Assembly: GCA_048128005.1 (NCBI GenBank)
Contig: JBEUKZ010000129.1
Coordinates: forward strand, 124,001-188,000
Direction: 5' to 3'
Length of the DNA stretch: 64,000 nt
From: Veleropilina oligotropha
Taxonomy: Eukaryota
The position numbers and the translations under genes are program-made. Of this stretch, positions 39,604-48,453 are shown piece after piece (the stretch's first letter is position 1; each line of letters begins with the position of its first letter). The notes under the pieces were generated by a model. It did not search any database. It had not been told where the DNA came from and worked only from the letters and a program-made list of their open reading frames with translations.

Positions 39604-40649
39604 CGCCTCAGAACCGGCGGAAGCTGGGTATCACGAGGCACCACGAGCAGTTCCTCTCGAACGAAGCCACGCAGTGGTCCATCCAGCAAGTAGTAGAGCA
39701 CAGGCTCGTCAGGCTTAGTGACGGAGCGTCCAAGCCTGTGAACTGTCAAAGACCACACCGGGTCAGTAGCACGGCGGCGACCACCCTCCAACTCACCGGG
39801 TTGGTATAGGTAGCGAACATCTACGTCAGAGGGGAGTTTCTGTTCCTTCCCCTGTCGGCCTGGAACAGTGGCGCCTGGCTTTTGGGCAACGCGAGGTGCC
39901 TTGATGGCGTCCTTGGGCTTTTTACCGGTCAGCCTGGTCACTTCCCCATTCAAGGCCGCAACTACAGCTGCTAGCCTGGCGACCCACTCAGTCGACCTTT
40001 GACCCTTTTTCGCAGACTCTGCAAACTGCATCTCTTTTGCATACTGGTGCCCGAAGAGCCGCTCAGCGAGCGTCCGGTTGAAGCGCTCCACAATGCCTTG
40101 ATCGCGATGGAGATCCACACGGCCGCGCCTAACCTCGACGTTATTTGTCGCCAGCAGCTGGGAAACCGTGCCCATAAACTCTCGCCCTGGGTCGACTTGA
40201 AGCAGTTTCGGCCAGCTAAGAGGACTCCGCCTGTAGATACGAGACAGAGCTTCAGCAACCCCTTTGGCCTCTTTTGTGGCCAATGGCTCAGCTTCTTTAT
40301 AGCGACTGGCCACATCAACCACAGTCAGAGCGTACTTGTATGTTTTACGACCGACCTTGTCATGTGGGAGAAACAGGAGATCGGCTTGGTGAACCTCGTT
40401 CGGCGTTACGACGTCGAATTTTGGTCTTGGAATCCGCCGTGGCGCAGGTAAATAGATTTGCCAGATGGCCTGCTTCTTCAGCCAATCCCGGGCCACGTCT
40501 TCAGAGACATCTACCGCGGCCGAGAGATGTTTTATCGCGGCGATCCCTTTCCAGTAGCCTCGGGGGCTATAGTAGCTATTCGCAAGCTTCCAGTTCATTC
40601 CGCGCCCTCGAGTTCTTTTGCCGGTCTTCACTGCCATCGAGACTGGCAA
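39600..40649 (-). CDS. Retroviral-type (rve, DDE) integrase of Polinton type; probable start at 40598
   Basis: YYSP.GY N-terminus, HQADL (D), LTVVDVASRY, LQVDPGREF (D), GIVERFNRTL (E), SH3-like tail. No chromodomain visible. Confidence 0.95.
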   Translation of the reverse strand: MPVSMAVKTGKRTRGRGMNWKLANSYYSPRGYWKGIAAIKHLSAAVDVSEDVARDWLKKQAIWQIYLPAPRRIPRPKFDVVTPNEVHQADLLFLPHDKVGRKTYKYALTVVDVASRYKEAEPLATKEAKGVAEALSRIYRRSPLSWPKLLQVDPGREFMGTVSQLLATNNVEVRRGRVDLHRDQGIVERFNRTLAERLFGHQYAKEMQFAESAKKGQRSTEWVARLAAVVAALNGEVTRLTGKKPKDAIKAPRVAQKPGATVPGRQGKEQKLPSDVDVRYLYQPGELEGGRRRATDPVWSLTVHRLGRSVTKPDEPVLYYLLDGPLRGFVREELLVVPRDTQLPPVLRR

Positions 40650-40872
40650 TGTATTCCAGTAAACTGATCAGTCTCCAACAGGCTTCAGCTTCCGGAGCCG
40701 GTCGCTGCGCCGTCGTCTCCCAAAGGTTGGTCGGGCCCGAGAGCACCAGGACCGCGAACCGCACCATAGTCTTTTCGTCGCGGCGCCAGCAGTCGAGTAA
40801 CGTAGTACTATAGCCGACCGCAAGCATAGCGCAGTACAGCTCTTCTGGGAGCCCCATTATTATACCTGGCAC
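40576..40872 (-). CDS. Hypothetical viral protein
   Basis: Fills the gap between co-oriented genes and overlaps the integrase start. No recognised motif. Confidence 0.45.
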   Translation of the reverse strand: MPGIIMGLPEELYCAMLAVGYSTTLLDCWRRDEKTMVRFAVLVLSGPTNLWETTAQRPAPEAEACWRLISLLEYIASLDGSEDRQKNSRARNELEACE

Positions 40873-40898
40873 ACGAAAAAAATGTCCACTGGAAATAA

Positions 40899-41330
40899 TT
40901 AGGCGAGCTTGTAGGCGACCAACCCGGTCGCAGCCATCCCCAGGATGATGAAGGTGATCTCACGTCCCTTCTGGCCATCGCTCGGTGTGTAGTAGTCAGA
41001 CAGCTGGGGCTCAGGGCCACCTCCTATAGCGGTGGGGTCAAGGTTCTTGCCGGTGATCAATGCATACTCACGGATCGCGGCGTCAACATCCCGGAATGTG
41101 CCAACGGCATGACCCTGGCGGCGAAGTTCAACGTTCAGCCAGTCGAGACGCTCTGCCCGCTTCTGGGACCATTTAGTCTGAGCAGCGTTGAGCTGTTCTA
41201 CAGCAATGTCGTGGCGTTTACGCTCCGCATCGACACCGGAGCTGCGTAGCTTCGAGAAGAGGAAGTTGGAGCCGCTGAAGGCGAGGGCGTTGACGAGAGC
41301 GCCCCCAACCAGCATCGCAATGGAAGCCAT
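40899..41330 (-). CDS. Predicted membrane protein, 143 aa
   Basis: Hydrophobic N-terminus MASIAMLVGGALVNALAFSG, central coiled coil, C-terminal TM ITFIILGMAATGLVAYKL. Confidence 0.8.
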   Translation of the reverse strand: MASIAMLVGGALVNALAFSGSNFLFSKLRSSGVDAERKRHDIAVEQLNAAQTKWSQKRAERLDWLNVELRRQGHAVGTFRDVDAAIREYALITGKNLDPTAIGGGPEPQLSDYYTPSDGQKGREITFIILGMAATGLVAYKLA

Positions 41331-41361
41331 TGAAATGCTGCGATTATCTAGCAAGGTCACA

Positions 41362-41601
41362 CTACTTCAAAACGTCGGCCGGAATGATGCCTTGCTTGAT
41401 CAGCATGTCCTTCGTCGCCATGGCGAGCGCTACGTCGAGGACGACCATCCCGACATCGTACCCCGTGAAGTCAAGTTTGGGGCTCGCCCCCTTGAATACC
41501 ATCTTTGTCAGGCGTGCGTAGCCTATGGCGAGGCCTGACACTATAGCGGCGTGGTATACAGCGTTGCCGAGCATCTTTCCATCAGTGATTGGGGTAGTCA
41601 T
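41362..41601 (-). CDS. Small hydrophobic protein, 79 aa
   Basis: Two hydrophobic helices (AVYHAAIVSGLAIGY; VGMVVLDVALAMA). Tightly packed with neighbouring genes. Confidence 0.75.
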   Translation of the reverse strand: MTTPITDGKMLGNAVYHAAIVSGLAIGYARLTKMVFKGASPKLDFTGYDVGMVVLDVALAMATKDMLIKQGIIPADVLK

Positions 41602-41626
41602 AACTGTTGATTAGTACCGTTTGCGA

Positions 41627-42154
41627 CTATTGCATATGAAAAGGGTTCTGCTTCTTCAATTCGATAGTGGGGGCGGCCCGACGCTGCCTAGCGTCCGCGT
41701 CTGGTGGCTGTTGATGTGGTGTGGATGGACCAGGGTTGCTGCGTTCTGAGGACGTCTTCCAGACAACAAATACCAACGCAACCGTACCGGCAGCGACGGC
41801 TACCTGGGTCCAATTAAATAGGTCCGATTTCCGTGTATCTGGCGCACGCGGTCTTTCTGCGGCTGGAACCGCCTCCCCGGGCTGTTCTGATGGAACGACA
41901 ACACTTGTTGGGGCACTCAGGTCTTCTTTCATTTTTCGAACCGCGGCCAGTAGCTTCTCCTGCTTGGCTTTTCGAGCAGCAGCGCCGGCCCGCCCTGCAG
42001 CCACTTTTTTCGGGTCCTTTTTACTCACTGATGAGTCCGTCGAAGAAGTCACCCTCTCTATCGGCTGGCTCTCGATCGGCTGGCTCTCGATCACTTGGTC
42101 CACTTCCGGCGGCGTCGTCTTGATCTGGTATTTTAGGCGGGCAGACGTGTCCAA
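41627..42154 (-). CDS. Basic protein with one TM segment (start codon uncertain)
   Basis: Basic motif KKDPKKVAAGRAGAAARKAK and TM VAVAAGTVALVFVVW. No in-frame ATG near the 5' end. Confidence 0.65.
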   Translation of the reverse strand: MDTSARLKYQIKTTPPEVDQVIESQPIESQPIERVTSSTDSSVSKKDPKKVAAGRAGAAARKAKQEKLLAAVRKMKEDLSAPTSVVVPSEQPGEAVPAAERPRAPDTRKSDLFNWTQVAVAAGTVALVFVVWKTSSERSNPGPSTPHQQPPDADARQRRAAPTIELKKQNPFHMQ

Positions 42155-42806
42155 ATCGGCAGTGCTTAGCCGTGGTCAACGCTGCGGTCAGCGGTGCAAG
42201 GTACATGCCGTACTTGTGATACAGCTCACAGCTTGCAGTGGTCAGGGCATGTGAGATGAACGGGTCGGCCTCCAGGTCGGCGATCAGTCGTAGCTGGTTT
42301 GCTGGTGGAATGGGCAGGAACATCCCAGCTGCCCCCGCGTAGAGATGAATAGCTGAAGTCCCCAGAGTCTTCGTCACATCGGCACCGAGTTTCGCTTCAT
42401 ACCTCGCGTGGTGCTTTTCGACCTCGTCGTCAGTCATGTCGTCTATCCGGTCCACTGTGAGGTTACGCCCCATGTATCGGTGGGCCTGTCCTCCAACGGC
42501 TAAGGCTGCAAGCCTCTCACGCTTTGCCGCGCAAACGGAACTTGCGACTCCACTGTTACTGACAGGTTCCTTGCCATCGGGAGTCAAGCGACAGCTGTTG
42601 ATGGTCGTTTCTTGTTCGTCATCCATGAGTTGATCGATGAGGCTGTCCATCCTGAAGCATTTCCAGCATCGCCTCACCGGTCTAATATAACTGTAAATCC
42701 AATACCACAATGTAGCGAGTAGGAGCAAGATCAGGCTCTGGCTGAAAGCAAAAGCTAGATATACAGCGTCCGACATGCGAGAGCTTGCTGGGCAGCTACT
42801 TAGCAT
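42021..42806 (-). CDS. Hypothetical viral protein with N-terminal TM segment
   Basis: 261-aa open frame directly after the ATPase. TM-like LILLLLATLWYWIYSYI and a helical core. Confidence 0.7.
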   Translation of the reverse strand: MLSSCPASSRMSDAVYLAFAFSQSLILLLLATLWYWIYSYIRPVRRCWKCFRMDSLIDQLMDDEQETTINSCRLTPDGKEPVSNSGVASSVCAAKRERLAALAVGGQAHRYMGRNLTVDRIDDMTDDEVEKHHARYEAKLGADVTKTLGTSAIHLYAGAAGMFLPIPPANQLRLIADLEADPFISHALTTASCELYHKYGMYLAPLTAALTTAKHCRFGHVCPPKIPDQDDAAGSGPSDREPADREPADREGDFFDGLISE

Positions 42807-42817
42807 CTGCTGGGTAG

Positions 42818-43450
42818 CTATAGCACACTATAAGCAACGGGCTGATCAGTTTTCAACAGAAGCTTAGCGTGTCGTGTCTCGGCCAACAGCCGGCGAACCT
42901 CGGTCCGTTCATCCTGCGACGGGATTACATCGTTCTCGCGCAGACAGTCCTCGAAACTGTCGCGGTCCTTGCAATGGAACAGCGCGACCCAGCGGGTCTG
43001 CTCTCTGAGCTCCTTCAAGACCGAGTTGTACTTTTGCGTCACTACCCATACGCTCTGGGAAGCATGCCTGCCGCTGAAGGCCAACAAAGTCAGCATGTCC
43101 CGTTTTTTGGCGAGGGCTTTGCTGGCGGCGCAGTCGTCGATTATGTACAGAGTCGACTCCCCCTGAAACAGCCGGTAGAACCCCCGCAGCCAGTCATGGA
43201 GTCGCTCACCCGGGGGGACTAAATACACCTCAGGGTCGGTCCAGATCCACGGACAAGACTGGTATGCCTTGTTGAACTTGATCGTGGGGCAGAGGATCAC
43301 GATATGCCGGAAGACGCCTCGATACTCCCCTTCCAGCAGTTCAAGCATGAAAACCGTCTTCCCACAACCGGTCTGGCCGCAGATGATTGCGGAGTGGGGG
43401 TCCTTGGTGTGCGGAAATCGTTTAGTACAGTGCTTCGACGAATCGGCCAT
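42818..43450 (-). CDS. A32/FtsK-HerA-like genome packaging ATPase
   Basis: Walker A GQTGCGKT, Walker B YIIDDC, arginine-finger GRH and VVTQ motif. Directly downstream of the capsid gene. Confidence 0.93.
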   Translation of the reverse strand: MADSSKHCTKRFPHTKDPHSAIICGQTGCGKTVFMLELLEGEYRGVFRHIVILCPTIKFNKAYQSCPWIWTDPEVYLVPPGERLHDWLRGFYRLFQGESTLYIIDDCAASKALAKKRDMLTLLAFSGRHASQSVWVVTQKYNSVLKELREQTRWVALFHCKDRDSFEDCLRENDVIPSQDERTEVRRLLAETRHAKLLLKTDQPVAYSVL

Positions 43451-44723
43451 TCTCGATATTCAGCTGTGCGTCCATGATCACGAACTCGTAGACGTTCAGT
43501 GGACCGGCCGCTTCGGCTGTTTTAGTGATCTGAATAGTAATGCCTTCGCTGGCGTTCTCGACCCTCCGGCCTGACCCGTGCAACTGATCGTCGTCAGTTA
43601 CCCGCATATCGATCCAGAGCGCAAATTTCTTAGTCAGAAATTCGCCCAGGGTGACGTCTGCCATCTCCAAGTCCTTTGCGACCATCGCGACCTCAGGATG
43701 CCGCTTGCTGCAGCCGGAGGCGAACATTTTCTTGGCTTCTTCCCAGATCTGGTATGTTCGCATGCCCTGGCTGTAGATTTGATTCGGGACACCCTCGATT
43801 GTGACCTCGACCTTTGTGATCTTCGGATTATAGAAGGCCTCAGTATCGCGAGAGAATGGCGCGGCGTCTCTCGCAGGGTCCTCGAACAACAGTAGTATTC
43901 CTTTCATCGACCTCGCCGGTACGTTCACATTCATATTCCACAACGAGTCGCTCTTGTCTAGGGTGAGCTTCCGATGCCGGAGAACACGGTCGTACAGGAT
44001 TACGAGTTGACCCTGGTATTGATTTCGAATCCGTCTGGCAAGCTCGGATTGGGTTACCATGTCATATTCGAGGGATATATTGTCGATGGAATAGCTGGAA
44101 CCGGAGTCGTCCGTATCCCGGATAGTCCGGGAGTAGTCGTTGAACGTTAGCTCATACTCGAGACGGTCTCCAAGGGCGCTTTGATAGAATGGCATGTGAC
44201 TTTCCAACAGCTCGAAATCCAGCGGGATGCGGAATCGGTTACCGTACGCGGCCGCGACCGCGACATCCTCAGACAGTCTGAAGGGGTCTGCCGTACCAAC
44301 ACGATGCTTCGTAATGTTGTGTCCATCGCTGGTATCAATCCCCTGGTACTGGGCGTTCTTGCGCTCCCCTGTGGTCTTCCAGAGATCGCAGTAGCAGTGG
44401 TACACGTCGGAGTCGTCAATCGACATGATCTCGTTTCCACTTATCTTTATCGTGGTCTTTCTGATCACGGCACGGCCGATATTTTGCACTACAGTCCTAT
44501 TCGCATTTACCGAGGTCAGAGAGATGGTAAATGCAAGGTGGGCAGTCCCTGGAACGATCTCGTCATTCGCCCAGAGATTAGGGAACCGAACCAGGAGCTG
44601 CTGGTTGGCGGAAATCGTTGATGGATTGTTTGTAATCGTGACCGACTGGCGGATGCCCTTGACCGCGAGGGGCTCACGCAGTCTGCGGTATGGATTAAGC
44701 TTGCGTCCGTATACGCTGGTCAT
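43422..44723 (-). CDS. Putative double jelly-roll major capsid protein, 433 aa from MTSVYGRKLNP
   Basis: Size, beta-strand alternation (LLVRFP, TTIKISGNEI, FRIPLDF, LEYELTF, ISLEYD, ITKVEVTIEGVP, ITIQIT) and adjacency to the packaging ATPase. The fold is inferred, not searched. Confidence 0.8.
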   Translation of the reverse strand: MTSVYGRKLNPYRRLREPLAVKGIRQSVTITNNPSTISANQQLLVRFPNLWANDEIVPGTAHLAFTISLTSVNANRTVVQNIGRAVIRKTTIKISGNEIMSIDDSDVYHCYCDLWKTTGERKNAQYQGIDTSDGHNITKHRVGTADPFRLSEDVAVAAAYGNRFRIPLDFELLESHMPFYQSALGDRLEYELTFNDYSRTIRDTDDSGSSYSIDNISLEYDMVTQSELARRIRNQYQGQLVILYDRVLRHRKLTLDKSDSLWNMNVNVPARSMKGILLLFEDPARDAAPFSRDTEAFYNPKITKVEVTIEGVPNQIYSQGMRTYQIWEEAKKMFASGCSKRHPEVAMVAKDLEMADVTLGEFLTKKFALWIDMRVTDDDQLHGSGRRVENASEGITIQITKTAEAAGPLNVYEFVIMDAQLNIENGRFVEALY

Positions 44724-44759
44724 GGCGGAATTAGATGCGTATCCCACTGATGTATTCAA

Positions 44760-46073
44760 ATGGCGGAATTCGAGAACCCCGCATTCGAGCCTGACGATCT
44801 CATCGACAACGATGATACCATCGTCGACGATATTGATGTGGATAGATCCACCGACCGGTTTATGCCTGTTCTTTCGGAACGGCCACAGGAAGGAACCAGC
44901 AGTCTGCGGCAAGAGCTCGTTCAGGGCGTGGTTGACGACTACTACAAAGCCCTGGCACAGGAGGGGCAGACCCCAGCCGCAGGGCGACATTATTCAAAAT
45001 TCAAGTACGTGGCGGGAAAATTAGGGCGGGGGGGAAAATTGATGATGACGGACCACCCCGACATCAATCTCATCAATTCTCGCACCGGCAACCCCTTGTC
45101 GTTGTCAACAATAGCTGGCCGGCCTGGTGGGGGTGATGCCATCCGAGATCTGGGTTTTGTAAACTGGAAGCGGGGAGGGGGGGGACAAAAGCTGTCCTCA
45201 AAAGCGGTTGCAGCTCTTCAGGCAGCCGACACTGAGTTGAGCGGTGCTGCGGCGAACGTCGAAAACGTAGAACTGCGGGACTTGGGGCAGACTGCTACTG
45301 ATGCCTCGGTAGCAATCCACACGATGGAGACGGAATTCACTGATACCGAGGTTGAAGAGATCTTAGGCATAATGGGGGACCCTCCATTAAACCTCCGCGA
45401 GCTTCGCGGACTTGACAAGGCGATGCAGACCATTCGAGGCGAGCTCACTAACAATCTAGCCAAACTAACGGCGCTGGACGAACACATAGAGCTGGAGAAG
45501 CGCAAGCTCGATCGGGCCGATGAAGAGGGCGGTGTGGATGAGTTTATTCGTCGACGGATCGCGGAACGTCTGCGCAACTTAAACGATGAACGAGCAGCTC
45601 GCCTAGAGGCAGCCTCATCAAGCCGGGAGGCCCTACGCTCTCAAATCAGCCGGATCCGAGAGATGCTAAATCGGATACTCCACTCAGATACCACGCTGGC
45701 CGAGCGTATCCGGACCCTATTTCGCGAGCAGGGGGTCACGATCGCAACCATACTCACCGCTATCGGGCTCGCCATCTCGACTTTGGTACTAGCCCTGACA
45801 GGTGGAGCAACAAGCCCGCCAACGCCACCACCTCCCAGTGGTCAGGGGGGGGTCAAGGAGTGGGTCAAAAAGCAGCTGCAGAACCTGGGAAGGATTCTAG
45901 GCAAACTAGCAGGGAAGGCCGCAGCCGCGCTCCCAGGAATACTTGGAAGCCTGGTCTCCTGGCTAATCAACCTGATTGGCAAGACAGCATCGTGGCTCGC
46001 TGAAAACCTATGGGCACTGGTCATATCAGTTGGGGGCTTGCTTCTTATTGCCGCTAGACAGTGGGTCACGTAA
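44760..46073 (+). CDS. Coiled-coil protein with hydrophobic/amphipathic C-terminal region (candidate membrane-penetration or virion protein)
   Basis: 437-aa ORF. Acidic N-terminus with FENPAF, long heptad region, GVTIATILTAIGLAISTLVLALTGG and further amphipathic helices to the C-terminus. Confidence 0.8.
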   Translation: MAEFENPAFEPDDLIDNDDTIVDDIDVDRSTDRFMPVLSERPQEGTSSLRQELVQGVVDDYYKALAQEGQTPAAGRHYSKFKYVAGKLGRGGKLMMTDHPDINLINSRTGNPLSLSTIAGRPGGGDAIRDLGFVNWKRGGGGQKLSSKAVAALQAADTELSGAAANVENVELRDLGQTATDASVAIHTMETEFTDTEVEEILGIMGDPPLNLRELRGLDKAMQTIRGELTNNLAKLTALDEHIELEKRKLDRADEEGGVDEFIRRRIAERLRNLNDERAARLEAASSSREALRSQISRIREMLNRILHSDTTLAERIRTLFREQGVTIATILTAIGLAISTLVLALTGGATSPPTPPPPSGQGGVKEWVKKQLQNLGRILGKLAGKAAAALPGILGSLVSWLINLIGKTASWLAENLWALVISVGGLLLIAARQWVT

Positions 46074-47346
46074 GCCAAATAAACGCTAGACCAACGACAA
46101 TGCCGCCCACGATAAGTGCGGTTTTCTCCTCGTCATGTGCCGCTGGAACAGCCGCCACTGGGGCCACAGCTGGCAGAGAGCTTGGATGCTTCAGAGTAAC
46201 TACCGGTATGCTTGCATCTGCGTCTTGTGGAATAACCAGTCCTGTTTCTCCAGTATCCCCAGTGGCGTTGGGCGGCACACTGGCCGCGTTCACCGTAGTA
46301 TTAAGACCGAGTGTCTGGTCTTCCGTGGCGACGACGATCTCATTGTTATAACCAGCCACCTGCCCGATCCGTAGAAGCATGTTACTTGGCGCCATGTACA
46401 GGCCAACGCCGAATACGAAGTCCACTTTGGACCTCGCATACTGGAGCACCTCTTGGTACCGTTTGATCGCAGCAGGGAGGTCAACGGGGGATGCGATGGC
46501 GTCTTCCACGTTCGCCAGGAACTGTTTATGTGCGTCAAATGCCGTCCCACTACCCAGAATACTTGCACGCGTTTGAGCCTGCGCTCCAAGAATAGCCCAG
46601 ACGTAGGTCCTGATGGAATCATTGAGCCTTTCCACGCCGGCCCTCGTGAATCCCACCGACCTGTCCAGAATAAAAGTAGCCCAACCGTTTTTAAGCGCAG
46701 GCGCTTGCGCGATGTAGTCCACGTGCAGATTCGTGTTGGTCGTACCTTTGGTGAAGGACATTCGGCTTGGATCATACTCACGTCCGATGGGGTGGTAGCC
46801 GTTGTTCGTCCAGTAGCTGTAAGTGGTGCCTAGTCCGCCATTGGGACCCTTGACACGCCAGTCGGTATGTGGGGACACTCCGAATTCGCTGCAGATCTTT
46901 TCATATGCCCTTCGGTCATACGGGGTGTCGAATGCATCCCACGTCCGGTCTTGTGGCAGCGGGGCCTGAATCTCGGTCAAGATCCTTCTGACCTGATAGT
47001 ATACGTGGAAGGTGAATACAGCAGTGGAGAGGGCTGCAGTAGCATTCAAGTGGTCTTCTGAGGAGATCCCGGAACCTGTTGTGGCACACCATACTGCGAA
47101 GTTGACCTTGTTCTGCCAGAACCGCATCGGTGTGCTGTGCCAAGCCCTTATCAGTCGGTCACACGCGACATGTGGGAGGCGATACTTTTGAAATACGTCG
47201 GGGTAGTCTGCCCCGAATGCAGTGGTTGAGCTATTACCCACATTGATGCTTGGTCTCGTAAGCTGCTCATCTTTGATCTTTGCTGGGTACACCACACCGG
47301 TCGGATAGGCCGCACTCCTATTGAACACAAATGCGCTCTTAGCCAT
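46066..47346 (-). CDS. Hypothetical virion protein with C-terminal TM anchor, 426 aa
   Basis: Long ORF from MAKSAFVFN. Pro/Ala-rich linker followed by TALIVGGIVVGLAFIWLT. Confidence 0.8.
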   Translation of the reverse strand: MAKSAFVFNRSAAYPTGVVYPAKIKDEQLTRPSINVGNSSTTAFGADYPDVFQKYRLPHVACDRLIRAWHSTPMRFWQNKVNFAVWCATTGSGISSEDHLNATAALSTAVFTFHVYYQVRRILTEIQAPLPQDRTWDAFDTPYDRRAYEKICSEFGVSPHTDWRVKGPNGGLGTTYSYWTNNGYHPIGREYDPSRMSFTKGTTNTNLHVDYIAQAPALKNGWATFILDRSVGFTRAGVERLNDSIRTYVWAILGAQAQTRASILGSGTAFDAHKQFLANVEDAIASPVDLPAAIKRYQEVLQYARSKVDFVFGVGLYMAPSNMLLRIGQVAGYNNEIVVATEDQTLGLNTTVNAASVPPNATGDTGETGLVIPQDADASIPVVTLKHPSSLPAVAPVAAVPAAHDEEKTALIVGGIVVGLAFIWLT

Positions 47347-47353
47347 AGCTACT

Positions 47354-48094
47354 ATGTTCCACACATTAACAAACGTTCAAGAGGGGACCGCGGTTGCCCT
47401 CCTGGAGCCGATTGATAACCGGGACGGCAAGCTATGTGTCAGCTTGCAGTCGCTCGACTATTGGGTAGGCTGGCACAACGTGCATGCCGGAGCCTTCTTT
47501 AAGACCCCCGATACCACGGTCGACGTGGCACCAGGTTTCTACAGCTTCGATGACCTCGCCAAGACGATGAAGAGGTCGCTAGTTAACCTACAACTAGATG
47601 TAAGCCATGCTACAGGGCTCGCCCGAATCGTGGTCCCAGAGGGGACTCGACTCGCGATAAGCGACGATATACGAAAACTCCTCGGCTTAGACCTCTCTTC
47701 GTTTATTCTCGATAAAGCAGGGAATCTGAACCCACCGGTTCGGGGAGTACAGGGCCAACCACCTCCCCCTCCGGAGAGATCCGAGTGGCTACGCCCTGGG
47801 ACTTATGACGGGAATAAGCCTGTCGGGTTTGCCATAGCGCCAACCCTACACGTTCACCTGGAGCAGCTCAGTACAACGCACAATGTGAAGGACGGCGCCC
47901 CGAGCACTATTCTCGCGGTGGTCCCTATCACGTCGCAGATGTTCGGTGAAGCTGGCCACTATCATAGCTATCCCGCCGGCCGGCGACTACAGGCCGGGCT
48001 AATCACAGAGTTGAAGGTGTACGTCACAGACGCAGACAGTAACCCGATCGACAATCACGGCATGCCCATTACCGCAGTCCTTGCGATACAATGA
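47354..48094 (+). CDS. Putative minor capsid protein (penton, single jelly-roll)
   Basis: V.PGFYSFDDL motif and C-terminus LHVHLEQL...STILAVVPI...FGE...RL..G.ITELKVYVTD.D.NPID.HG.PITAVLAI, resembling Polinton/PLV pentons. Confidence 0.78.
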   Translation: MFHTLTNVQEGTAVALLEPIDNRDGKLCVSLQSLDYWVGWHNVHAGAFFKTPDTTVDVAPGFYSFDDLAKTMKRSLVNLQLDVSHATGLARIVVPEGTRLAISDDIRKLLGLDLSSFILDKAGNLNPPVRGVQGQPPPPPERSEWLRPGTYDGNKPVGFAIAPTLHVHLEQLSTTHNVKDGAPSTILAVVPITSQMFGEAGHYHSYPAGRRLQAGLITELKVYVTDADSNPIDNHGMPITAVLAIQ

Positions 48095-48453
48095 GCAGCA
48101 TCTACGGGACCCTCCCCCTACCCATGCTTGCAGATGAGCCCTCTTCCCCCCCGACCCGGTGGCACTTTGTCCTTAATTGTGGGGTAGCGCCCAATAAGGG
48201 GCTGGCGAGGAGGGAGTTCATGATCCCTAACACTGGAGGTCGATTTGGGTTGAACCTAGCCCTTCTAATGATCCACCTGACGCCGGTCCAGCCGGCCGGG
48301 GGCCCCAAAGCATGTTCCATCAGTAAGCTTGGCCTGAATTCGGACTGGTTGACCCTCGCCTTTGCCATCAAGGCCCCGTGGGTCGGCACTCTGTATTTGA
48401 ACGTTACGGCAGACAAGGGGAATCAACCGGCAGAACAATACAGCCACGTATAG
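48091..48453 (+). CDS. Hypothetical beta-rich viral protein, 120 aa
   Basis: ATGA overlap with the penton stop. Abuts the next ATG with no gap. Confidence 0.65.
   Translation: MSSIYGTLPLPMLADEPSSPPTRWHFVLNCGVAPNKGLARREFMIPNTGGRFGLNLALLMIHLTPVQPAGGPKACSISKLGLNSDWLTLAFAIKAPWVGTLYLNVTADKGNQPAEQYSHV

Noticed and set aside
44724..44990. 89-aa N-terminal extension of the capsid ORF in the ORF track
   Set aside because: It is the antisense of ORF 44760..46073 and starts at a less plausible position. MTSVYG at 44723 fits the gene packing.
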